The notes below the pieces were generated by a model. It had not been told where the DNA came from, did no database searches, and saw only the letters and a program-made list of their open reading frames with translations. Shown here in pieces: positions 38,617 to 49,950 of a DNA stretch of 50,393 nt (within the stretch, counting starts at the first letter, position 1; each line of letters begins with the position of its first letter). The position numbers and the translations under genes are program-made. Source of the stretch: Lenisia limosa (Eukaryota; Protista; Breviatea); assembly GCA_001655205.1 (NCBI GenBank), contig LPNZ01011357.1:1-50393 (forward strand). The letters are read 5' to 3'.

Positions 38617-41135
38617 ATGTCAAACTTTGACTTGGCAGCGTTTGCTGCAGCGGACCCGTCTCCGTCAAACTCGGCAGTAAGCCAACTTCTCTTTTTTTGA
38701 TTTTTAGTAAAGATGTATTTGACAAAGCGTTAATAATTAATAAAAAACAGTACTATTAAAAAAAAAAAAACATTTTTGTGTGTTATATTTGTGTTCTTAT
38801 TAATCTGATGGTTTTCTTTGAATGCTCTGTGGGAATAAATCTTGTAATAATTTGTGGATGGCGCTTGTCACCTTCGTTTTCAATGTCAAAACGTCCCAGC
38901 CGCCGGACTTTATCTTCAAACACAACCGGGCTCCTTCGTACCTCCTTTCGCCAGAGACGACACCACCAGTTCTGAGCCCCGCTGAGGCGACCGAGGTTGT
39001 CGACAAGGACTTCAAGCGGAGACTTCAGGTTGGAATCTGCGTCAGAATTCCGCAGTCTTCCTTTTTAACCACTTCAGTATAGTATTGAGCTTCATGGTCT
39101 TCCAATACCCCCCGGGTTGGCGTTCACAGTGGTGGCTGCGATAATTGGTTGGGGTTTTTACGCACAATAAATGGTATTGTATCTTTTATGATAAAGGTGA
39201 AGTGTCCTGTTCAATATATCCTTGCTTTATGACACCCCAGGTAATGGTAACATTCTTTTCACGAGCAGCGGTTTGGACTGGGAGGATGTACCAGGGGGAG
39301 AGTCTTGTGTTGGCTCACTCCTGTCAAAGGTTTGACCAGGCCTCTGGTGTTCTTTTACACTCTCAAGATAGTGCCATTAGTTGTAGGCCTCAATGCATCA
39401 TTTGTGACATGTGATGCCAATACAACACCAGAAGATTTTGCCAGTATGTTGATTGCAATTGACTTCTTTTCACTGATAACTTTAAGTTGAATATCAAAAA
39501 TAAAACTGCACCTTTTTTTTTTCCATGTGTATTATTCTCATTATACCCAGCTTATTTCGCTTTAGATGCAATTGTTCCTCCAGATATATTCTCAGGGTTT
39601 GAGCGTTATGCCAGTAGCTCATCTCAGGTATCAGGGCATATCAACATGTCATACCTATTAACCAATTTATTACGATTGCTACTCGAGATATCATATCGTA
39701 TTATATCATATCATACTTTCTTTTGCTTCTAGTGGAATGAACCAAGCCATATTAAGTCATTAAGTGGGTATCTTGGTTTTTTTTGTTTACCCCTCCCCCC
39801 CCCCCCCCCNNNNNNNNNNNNNNNNNNNNNNNNNNNNNNNNNNNNNNNNNNNNNNNNNNNGTCGGGGGGCAACTGGTCAAACGAAGATACAAGAGCATCT
39901 ACGGTGACACGACTGGTTGGGAGCATTGTTACGTGGGGTGTTTTCTAACACAATAGACAGCGCCGTCATCACGTGTGACATCACAAGCATGGAGGCAAAA
40001 CATGAGACGTGACCGGGAAGAGGCTCGACGGATCATGTTGCAGGTGCGACTGGCGGATTATAGTTGTGTGACCCCCTGTTTTTTATTCTGCCCAGAGACT
40101 CCGAAACGTGATTGTTCTTGAGAACATTGACCTCGCATCTCCTGTTATCCTGGTAAGCACTGCCCAAATATTTTGGACTTTTGGACTCTCATACTAATAT
40201 TTTTTTCAGAGGACAGTTTTGGAAGTTCTCTCCGCCAAGAAAGTTGTATCAAATGGAACGGTTTATGATGTAAGCGGTCGTCGAGTTTTTATTGATGCTT
40301 TAGCTACCCCAACCCTTCTCTTTGATGGCAACAATATCCCCCAATGGCGATATTGCAACCCTCTCAGAGAGATTGGTAAGCAGCATTGTTTTTCAAAAGG
40401 ACTCAGTTGGCTTTATAACACAATCCATGCGTTGGTGTTTTAAGATAGGCTCTGTTTGTTGTAATTAATTACAACAATTAGATAGCATAAAGTTTGTATT
40501 GCATACCTCTTTGATGTTGAGGTAATTAAGTCTGTGTTGCTCTCACCTCTCCAGAGAGATGAGTTCATGTTCAGTGTAAGTCTACCGGAGTCTCTACCCC
40601 CCGGAATCCCTGCTATCCCGATCAACTTCCAAAGTATCTACTCTCCTTCTGTTGGGGGGGGGGGGCTGTTTTTACTTCAGTGATGGAAAGTCTTACGGTG
40701 CAGGAGCTAGAGGAGATGAGCCTCCAGCTTGATGACGTGTTCATCACCCAAGATCTGGAGCAATTCATCCGAGACATCATTGTGGAGCTCAGGAACTCGC
40801 CAAATGCAACGTCATGCCTCAGTCCGAGGGCAACCAAGGCGCATGTCTGCACCTCTAAGTAGGCAAACTTCTGTTTCATGGCTGAATGATTGCCTTCATT
40901 CCTTAGGGCAATGGCGCTCCTCAACGGACGGTCGTTCACAACTCCCACTGACGCTCTCAGTGTTGCTGGTGGGCGAAGAATCCGGGATTAGAAAGTTTCA
41001 TTGATACACTGACTGCCGCACTAACCCCATGCAGGTGATGTGTTAGCGCACAGACTCCAACTACACCCCGACATCCATGTCCTTCCAAGAGTACTGGTGG
41101 CAGACACGTTGGCCATGATTGTCCCCCCAATTTAG
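38617..41135 (+). CDS. MoxR-clade AAA+ protein with degenerate Walker A/B (probable pseudo-ATPase); start at 38617 or 38858
   Basis: AAII|GNGNILFTSSGLDWEDVPGGESC (MoxR: GHVLLEDVPGVGKT), FVTCDANTTPEDF (RIQFTPDLLPSD), NVIVLENIDLASPVIL|RTVLEVLSAKKVVSNGTVYD|LPQPFSLMATISP (NILLADEINRAPP..QSALLEAM...LP.PF.V.ATQNP), and the lid LSPRA...AMALLNGRSFTTPTDALSVA|GDVLAHRL. Stop at 41133-41135. Confidence 0.72.
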
Positions 41136-41270
41136 TTGGTCAGGTTATTTTTTATGTTATTTAAGGATGAATGTTGAGTGAACAGTTTAAGAAGAGAGAA
41201 ACATTCATTTACCATATGACACCATAAAATTGCTAATGTACAATGAGATCAGAGAGGAAACAAAAATAAG

Positions 41271-44200
41271 TTATTCAAAAATTGTACAGCGACATCGATC
41301 AATTGGAATGAGGGCATCTCGGCATGTCCTATTTGGATAATGATGGTAAAGAGTAACACATCTTGACAACTGGGCCAGATGCAACATTGTGTGTTACATT
41401 GTGATGATGGGCGCTCACCTCATGGGGTCGATGGGGTCAAACATGGACTGGCCAGCAGGGTCCCTCACCCACGGCTTCCCACCAACTAAACTGTCAGACA
41501 GTCTAAAAGAGTACAATGATACAGCGTTATCATACTTTTTTGTTTTGGAGGAAGAGGGATACTCAAGTCTACATAAGTTAGATCAAGCTGGGGGTTTTGG
41601 CCAATACCTTCAGAAACAGTGGATTCCTGGTGCCAATGAGGCCACTCCAAAATGTGCTGCAAAGTATTGTACATGTCAAATGACGTCACCAACGCCTAAA
41701 TCATCAGTGACAATATCAACATTGACTGCGCTTTTACCACTCACCTGTTGGTTATGCAGGAGGGTCCGGGCCTGGTCCGGGTATTCACTGAGGAACTTGT
41801 TCGGAAGGATTATCTAGAGGATCGTTAGATAAAAATTACCACCAACATCCATGAGGGGGTTCTGGTTTTCACTGGTTGGCTGGTCAAAGCCGAAGACCCA
41901 ATGCACGCCCATATGAAGCCCTTGGGATAAGTCAAGAGAATGGGTAACAAACCATGATCAGAGATTAGAACCACGGCGGTGTCATCTAATGATCCGCGAT
42001 TTTGCATCCATCTAGAATGTTACAACGGAAATAGAGAGAAACAAAAACCTTCCCCCCAACTTGAGCCAGTCAGCTAGGGATTGGTCAACCTGCTTTATGA
42101 CCTCTCCGGTGCCCTCGTGGCCTTCTGTGAAGCCAAGCCAGCTGAACTTCGGCACCTTCGCTAGGGGTTCGATGAGTGGAACTAATAATTAACATTGTCA
42201 ACATATGAGAAACACAACCTCAACCGATTGCAGTAGTCATGGCCGATTTTGCCCAGGGAAATCAGATTGTATTGGTCAGTCACAGCAAAGAGTCTTGCGA
42301 TGATACCCACATACGTGATTCAGCTTTAGCAGACAAAGGATGGTCGTACTCCTCCCAAAAGTCTTTTGCCATATCGAACACATAAGAGTGGACATGACGT
42401 CCATGCAGACAGCGCCGGCGGATAGAGAATGGTCCGTTCCAGTTACTATAAGAGGTCATAAATGCGACAGAAGCAGACAAAATTGCTACAGGCTCAGAAC
42501 CTACCCATGAGGGTTGCCAAGGGGGTAGTACTCTGGGAGACAAAAAGGAGACACAGGGTCATGATCAATGAAACTCGTGATACCTTGGTACTTTGCTGAG
42601 AAATCTTGACAAGAGTTATCTGAAGTGTTATACTAATACACGGGTATTGCTATGATTATCTGAGTATTCACCCCACCATCCTCATACCAATATGGGAGGT
42701 TACATAACCTCGAGTTGCAAAGTCATTGAACACGGGAACAACTTTGGGAAGCTAAAAAGGAGGTGAGTGCATATCATATGTATTATACATGTTCATATTT
42801 GTACCATCTGTCACTTGAGGCAAAGTCAGTGCTGCCCTTCCATCCAATTGCAAACCCCCAAACCAGCCAATCAACAGAGGAGTCGACACCTAGCATCATA
42901 GCCATGTCATTTGGGTAAGTCGTGATACCCACTGAGTGGTACCTCATCATTTGGAACAATGAAGAACCAGTGCGTTGAGGCTCCGAGGGGTTCCTACATA
43001 GTAAACTGGGTGAAAGCCCTGCAGGAACTTACCACACTGAAAGTGTTGAAAGGAAATCAGACGTCTCAGAAAATTTCCTGATAAAGTGCCTTCTGGAAAG
43101 TGCGTCCAGGTAAACAAAAGCAACATTCAGTTTGGGGTGACTATCTGGGACAGTAAATACGGTAATCACTTTGTTTCCTTTGAAGCGACATAGCAGACCT
43201 CGAGAGTGGCTTGGTAGCGGCGGTCTATTCTGGCCATGCATCCAAAACTCAATAGGCCCATCATAAGGCAAAGGACCTTGTCGGTCAAGGTCAAAGAGTT
43301 GCCACACCATATGTTCTTGAAGCTCAGCAGTTCCATCTGAATGTGACATCACGAAAAGTACCTACAATTATGCTCGAGCTTAGCCTCAAGAGAACTTCGA
43401 CGAGCCTCTTTTTCTTCCTAAGGATGTTATTGTGAAACCAGAAACTTACTAGGTCCTTGAAGCATTGGAAGCCTGAGCCAATAAAACCGTCTCGACAAGA
43501 ACAAACAGCAACACTTCTGTTTGCAGCAGGTTCATAAAACGAGGGTTGATTAGAGATATCAGGAGTCTGACGAGAGCAAGTAGCCTGGTAGTGGCATCCA
43601 CCGTTGTGCGTGAGACACGGGTCTGTCCATCCATGTGCCCAGTAGTTGTGTACCCGATCAACAGTCTCAGGTTTCGGCTGGATTACTGTGACCAATTGAG
43701 ATTCTCCATTACACTTCACAACATACGCGTCTGACACGCTGTTTTTCAGGTCAATCTAAAGAATAAAAATAAAGTCACATTACAATTTCTAAAACCGGCA
43801 TGCCACTTACATGTACTCCAGAAGATCTGTCACTGGATGGAAACGGTCTAAAATTGTAAATGAGGAATTGGAACATGAAAAGCAAGGTGAGGTCCTGCTT
43901 ACACAAATTGAGCTCGGTCTAGAATCAGCGTTTGGTAGTGTGTGAAGAGGGCTTTATCCTTAGCAGGCCATGTTTCCGTTCGAGGCAGCACTATGACTCC
44001 TGAAGCTTGGCCGCTGAACTTGTCCAGGATGGCATCCCATGCTGACGCGTCCTGGCCGCCAACCATTCCTGGGTGTAAGATGCTGAACACTATTGTTCTA
44101 TTTCGTTGCACATTGTTCTCAAGCCAACCAGATTCGCCTAATTCATCTGATCGGAGACTCTGTAAATCGACAGAAGACTCCCCCGGAGGCACGCTCATTT

Positions 44201-45622
44201 TGTCCATATCGATATTGAGAGTGAAAGGTCCAGGCTCATTTACTTCTATTCGGTGAGTACGTTATTGGTATACCGTAACCGGCACAACCGACCTTGATGA
44301 ATTGATGAACATGTGACTGTCAAGATTTTGGTTTGTTTGCTATAGCTGGCAAATTTTTCCTAATTGAGTAAATGATGGGATGTCTGTCATACAGTTTCAG
44401 GACACGTCGGACTACCACCCAGGATCGAAAGGAAATTGTCTGTCACATCAATAACAGCAAGACCAGGAGGCTTTAATTCGCAACCTGAAAAGTGAACATG
44501 CCAAGTGCTGTCCACCTCACCTTGGAAAGTGTTATCCTTGAGATGCAGCTCCTGGCCCAGAAGACCCTTTGTCCACTTCCGCCCTCCAGCACCAAGACGG
44601 GCTCCTACGAAGCAGAGGATAATGACAAGAACTGCTACAACGACCACGCTGTAACACTGCGTTGATCTGAAAGTAAGGAAGTGGGACTTATGATTGATAG
44701 TGAAATTCAATAGCACTGTAAATCAACACTTGAAAATAGGGAGTGAGTGTGTGAGGGAGGGAGTGAGAGAGAGGGAGTTTGAACCGGATTTTCATATTTC
44801 AAATAATATTGAAATGTTCTGAAATTTTCACATCTATTCTTCCGTTTTCAATTTCAAAAAATGAAATTTTGAAAATCGAAATGTGAAAATTTGGTGTACA
44901 AACTTATGTAGTATTATCTCTCCAAACTCGAATATTGGCAAAATTACCTTCTAAATCTCCAGGAGTACAGAATGAAGAGGGAAAGTGCAAGCAGCGGTGT
45001 GTAGATCAACATAAAGCAAATGGCGTTATACTGTCCATGCCTGTACAAGTAAATTCCTATTTTATCATTCATCACACTTTCATCCTTTCATCCCTCTAAC
45101 TTCATAATGGTATTTCCTTGGTCAATGCTGAAAAGAATCCACAAATCAAACAATGCCACGACTCCAAGACCAGCCTAGACAGTTACTTCCGGATGCACTT
45201 ATGGCGTTTTGGCATGCCATGACCATACCAAAATCAACCCAACCTTTCCCATGAGATCTCCCATCATTTTACATCCAACCTTAACCTTCAACTGAAAAGC
45301 GGTTGTTGTCTGATGGGCAATCAAGCCAAGCGTGGCAACAAGGAAGAAAAAAATTGATCTGGTGTGGTTAGAGGAAACTGACGGAAACTGCATTTGCTCA
45401 TGTCTAGCAACTATAAATCATGATTTATTTATATGGCGAGAATCTTCCGTACCTGAAGAGAGACAGTGCAAGCCTGATAACGTTTTCGTGAATCCAATCT
45501 GGATTACCACCTTCCAATGAGCCGTAGTAGTCTACCCCAGCGGCACCAAGCATCAGAAAGTAACCACAGCATTTGAAAAATGGGATAAGGGAGAGCTCTC
45601 GAGAGCTCTTGCGGGTTTTCAT
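41271..45622 (-). CDS. Polytopic membrane protein with a DUF229 (alkaline phosphatase/sulfatase superfamily) ectodomain and an inserted EGF-like domain
   Basis: N-terminal TM helices including IDQGNTIMK|HGQYNAICF and VVVVAVLVIILCFVG. EGF: DPCLTHNGGCHYQATC...CSCRDGFIGSGFQC. DUF229 core: NVAFVYLDALSRRHFIRKFSET, GPFSIRRRCLHGRHVHSY, HEGTGEV, TAVVLISDHGL, and the C-terminal RTCRDALIPIDRCRC. Stop at 41271-41273. Confidence 0.78.
44822..44892. repeat. AT-rich imperfect fold-back in a ~290-nt intron of the DUF229 gene
   Basis: Outer 12-bp arms AAATTTTCACAT (44822-44833) / ATGTGAAAATTT (44881-44892), with inner TTTTCAA/TTGAAAA and TTTCA/TGAAA stems. Confidence 0.6.
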
Positions 45623-45857
45623 TTGAAATGATGGTTACGAGCGTATCCAAATCTAAGATTTTAATTGTAACAACATTAATTTTGTTTTTGGTTGTATGTG
45701 CAGTAACTTGGGTAAAGGGGAAGCAGAAAACCAATGACGTGTAGGGTTTATATGTTATTTTGTTGATGTGACCCCTCGTTTTTAAACAGTGAATACAGGA
45801 AGAAGCTGGAGTTTAAATTAAGCAATTGATTTGATTTGAATAGATCAATACCACAAA

Positions 45858-48063
45858 ATGTTGTCATTAGTAAAGCCTTTTATTGGCAGTGCAGGGCCTT
45901 CTTCAGTCTTAAACCGAGGATTAGTATCTCTTACTACATCTGCTTTTTTAAAATCTCCCTTAGCCAAGATTCCCTCTATCTCAGTGCTTCCTTTTTCGAC
46001 TAATGGAGTACGTAGTTACCATAATTTGGATAACAGCCGAATTACAAAGGATTACTTAAGTCTTCCTCAGCATGGCAAGGTTAGTTTAATTCGGATATTC
46101 CCCCCTCCGCCCACCTTTCTGACTGTAATGTAGTCTATGGTTGAATATATTTGGATTGACGGCACTGGGGAGCATCTTCGTTCCAAGACCAAAGTTGGCG
46201 AAGATCCATTTTTGGACATCTGCTATGCTCCTTTTGGGTGACGTGTTGTAGACCGTGGAGACTGCAGTAAACTCAATTTCAGACCTTTCTGACTGGAACT
46301 TTGATGGATCTTCCACCGGGCAGGCCACGAACAGCCAGTCAGAAGTCATCCTCAAGTATGCGTTCTGCTTGGATTTGCCTGAATTGAATGTTGTCCTTGA
46401 TTTCTGATGTTGTTTTATTCTTTGGCAAATGAAAGGTTTGTTATGAAGTGAGGGTGTTTGTTCCTTTCCCTGACGTTTCCACTGGTATTTTTTTTTTTTG
46501 TAGATAATATGTTTGAGATGACATGAATCATAGATGGTAACAGTTTAGGCCTCGAGCTCTCTTCAAGGACCCCTTCAATGCCAATCCTGATGCCAAGGTA
46601 GGTTATGCACAATGTACTTAATTGGCCTAGGAAGGCTTCCATAATACTCTTGTGATGTGTGACTGCTGGACTCCGGATAATGAACCTGTTGAGTCAAACA
46701 CTCGTTACCGTTGTGACCAGGCTATGTCTCGCCATGCACACCAGAAGCCATGGTGAGGGGGCAGACGATTGCCGAATTCGGGAATTTCATTGACTATTCC
46801 CGCAGGTTTGGAATTGAACAAGAGTACCTCATGTACACCCTTGACAAGCACCCTCTCGGATGGCCTGTTGGCGGATTCCCAGGACCCCAGGGACCTTACT
46901 ATTGTGGTGTCGGTGCTGACAGGGTAGGCAGACTGTGAGATGTTGCCCAAATTTGTCTAGCTGATGTAAATCTATTTTCAATGATGATGTAGGTATTTGG
47001 CCGAGAGCTTGTTGTGTCCCATTACAATGCATGTCTCTACGCTGGAGTCAAGGTGTCCGGCAGTTTGTGGGGAATGAGCTCCTGTAACAGTCATGCGGGC
47101 ACAAGGTCTCATATTTTAGTTAATGCTGAAGTTATGCCTGGCCAATGGGAATTCCAGGTAAGTTGCTGGTTATTCTCAGACAGTCTATTGAGTCTGCCAT
47201 GATTTTGCTTTTATGAAAAAGAGGGATGGGCCAATGGTAGAATTTTACGGAGGAATACCATATTATACCAACAAGGAAAGAAGTTGATATTTCAGGTTGG
47301 ACCATGTGAAGGTACTTCGATTGGTGACCATATGTGGATGGGCCGCTTCCTGCTTGCAAGAATGGGTAGGACTTACTCCTGAAAGTCACATCTAGGCGAG
47401 ATGATGAGAGTAGTCATCAGTTACGACCCGAAGCCCGTCAGCGGAGACTGGAACGGCGGCGGAGCCCACTGTAACTTCTCAACTGAAAAAATGAGAAACG
47501 CTGGCGGTTTGGTTTGGGTAACCATAAGTTCCTCTAGTATAGGTAACTATNNNNNNNNNNNNNNNNNNNNNNNNNNNNNNNNNNNNNNNNNNNNNTGACG
47601 AGATCGTTCGAGCCGTTAAAAGACTGGAAAAGAACCATGATGAGCATATGCTAAGCTATGGCAGCGGCAATGAGGTATGCTCTTTTTCATGTGAACAGTT
47701 GTGTGGTTTTTATCACCCTCTAGCGCCGTATGACAGGACTGCATGAAACTGCGGACTATGATAAATTTACCTGGGGTGTAGCCCACAGAGGTGCTTCTGT
47801 CCGTATTGCCAGCAGTGGTGAGTAGAGGCCCTTTGGTGTAACTTATAACTCGGGCAGTTGAAATATTTTTTTTCGGGCAATTTTCAAATATTCAACAGAG
47901 AGTGACAATCCTCATCTCGTAATCCAATCTATATTTGTATTACTTTACCCCCCCCCCAGTTCAACAAGCCGGCTGCGGGTACTTTGAAGACAGAAGGCCG
48001 GCTTCTAATGCGGACCCCTATGTTGTCGCCGGGATGATGGTGGAGAGTTGCTTAGATGAGTAG
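45858..48063 (+). CDS. GLUL: Glutamine synthetase type II with an N-terminal organellar-type presequence
   Basis: [104 protein letters not shown] and [17 protein letters not shown]. Stop at 48061-48063. The N-gap at 47551-47595 lies in an intron. Confidence 0.97.
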
Positions 48064-48134
48064 ATCGTGGGCTGAGGGCTATGTGTATTGAAGTGTTGCT
48101 TAGATGAGTAGATCGTGGGTTGAGGGCTATATGT
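48047..48134 (+). repeat. Tandem duplication (2 x 40 nt, period 48) spanning the GS stop codon
   Basis: GTTGCTTAGATGAGTAGATCGTGGGCTGAGGGCTATGTGT (48047-48086) versus GTTGCTTAGATGAGTAGATCGTGGGTTGAGGGCTATATGT (48095-48134), with 2 mismatches. Confidence 0.92.
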
Positions 48135-48579
48135 TTACCCTTTTCAATTTGAAAGCAATTTCAATCAAAGCTCACTTGCCTTCACTCTTTAGGAAGCACG
48201 GTAAAGAAGCAGCATGTTCTATCTGTTGTGATTTGCAGTTGATTACTAATGGGACTGTTCAATTGTGAAATACACCCTTTTTACTTAGTAGTATCGTAAT
48301 ATCAGAGTATAAATTAAGATTGGATTAGATTTGACTAGATGGCTAGCAAATGGCTAGTGTCTGGCTAGATGAGGTTAAAGAAAGGGTAGAGAAGAGGGTT
48401 ATGGTTATGAAGGTATGGAGGGAATTACGAGCCGAGGGTTCCCGAATTTGGATATTTGTCCCCCCACATATTTCGTCGTTTAAATTCATCATTACATTAG
48501 ATTTCATCCAGGATTTCATCATTCAATCATTATTATAGCAACAGTACCAGAGTATCATATTATTTTTTATTCAACTGAA

Positions 48580-49863
48580 ATGGGTAAAGTTGCAAAACTG
48601 AAGCCAGGTTTCCAAGAATGTTTGTAACGGGCTCCCCTCATGACCTCTCTAACCTCGTAGCATCAAAAAAGAAAGGTTTCAAAAGGGTTTCCGATGACCC
48701 TGATGCAGGATTCGCAAAACTATGGGGTCCCGGATTTGAGTATATTATGAGGAACACAAGTGTTGTTATTGGGAGAGGAGAAGGACCTGTAATGCCGCCC
48801 GCACAGGTTTTGAGGAGTATTTTAGTATCGTTGATGATAGTGGTCTTGTTTTTGTATATTATTATGTTGATGTTTCTTCTGTCGCCAAAATGTTAAAATG
48901 TCTTTTTGTCTAGATCACAAAAGCCAGTGCTTAATAGAATGGGAGATTTTAGTATTGTGGCGTGTGGAAAATTAATTGTTGTTCATCCCTCTTTGATTCT
49001 TCGCTTGAGTTCTCATGCCCATAGCTAGTTGGTTAGTTGGCTAGTTGGGTTTTGTGTTTTGTCCATCTGCAGCGCTACCCCCCGTGCGCTCATGGTTCAG
49101 GTCATGACAGAAGCATGGTGTCCTCTTGGGCCTGGAGTGGGTCAGGCCATCAGCCATCGCCATGCAAGAATACGCTACAACCCGGGCAAAACGTGGGTGT
49201 CTCCACTGTAAACTGTCAACTTACACTTTAGTTGTTTTGAGCTCTCAGCTTTGTCCAGAGCGGGGGCCTACCTTGATGGGCAGCTGGTGCTTCCCGAGCA
49301 CGGAACTCGAGAAGTCAAATCCCGGTTGGTTGGAGGTTCATTTTGGAAGGATACTTTCACATTGGCAGTTATATCAAGATCACGAAGTATTTGTCACTTT
49401 CCAGTCAGCTCATTCAAGTGGGGAGTAGATGCTTCTTCTTTCTACCAGCTCAGAGAACCCGGGTATTCTGTCAGTCCAAGGAAGCCATAAGTGAAACCAG
49501 CGCACCAAAATCAGAGTAGGCTGGAACTTGATGCATTGTGCTTGCATCTGACTGATGCTTGTGTGTGTGGGGGGGGGGGCTCTTCTTGTTGAGTTCATTT
49601 CACTTCAACAACAGATTGTCTACTGAGTGCTATTTTTTCCGAACTGAACGAGGTTGATATCCCATCATTATCTTAGGGCAACATTGGAACTGTTACAGGA
49701 GGCAATTGGCTTTTTACCTAAGGAACCAAAAAGTGAGCAGCTGGACGGGTGGTATTGTCCTGATTTGAAGCTCATTGTGTAGGACGACGGCTTGTTGTAG
49801 ACTGATCCCGTCTATGCTCTTCTTCCCCCGCAAAGTGTGCGCAACGATTGCAAAATCGAATAA
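48580..49863 (+). CDS. FHA-domain protein (plant FHA2 / yeast Fhl1-Tos4-type FHA); 3' end approximate
   Basis: DAGFAKLWGPGFEYIMRNTSVVIGRG...AISHRHARIRYNP...LSALSRAGAYLDG...QLIQVGSRCFFFLP parallels 'AGFAKL.G..FEY.M...S++LGR...ISR.HARI.Y...+.VLGKNG..V.G...L+QIG...F.FLLP'. Likely further short exons run to TAA at 49861-49863. Confidence 0.78.
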
Positions 49864-49950
49864 TTGAACTATGTCATGCCAAGTCGTCCAATATTATTTA
49901 TACAGACTTCTGAAAACACAAGGGCGGAATTGCATGGTATCGTCTAGGAT

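Larger units (their letters stand above)
5746..47595. other. Eight assembly gaps (N runs): 5746-5782, 10401-10469, 10985-11034, 12009-12138, 13173-13221, 26983-27072, 39810-39860, 47551-47595
   Basis: Directly visible. Three gaps (12009, 26983, 39810) begin immediately after long C or G homopolymers. Confidence 0.99.

Noticed and set aside
565-48063. Alternative genetic code (stop-codon reassignment)
   Set aside because: The apparent in-frame stops I traced resolved as short introns, and conserved genes end at TAG (GEX1, PARP, Orn, GS) or TAA (TPR, DUF229).
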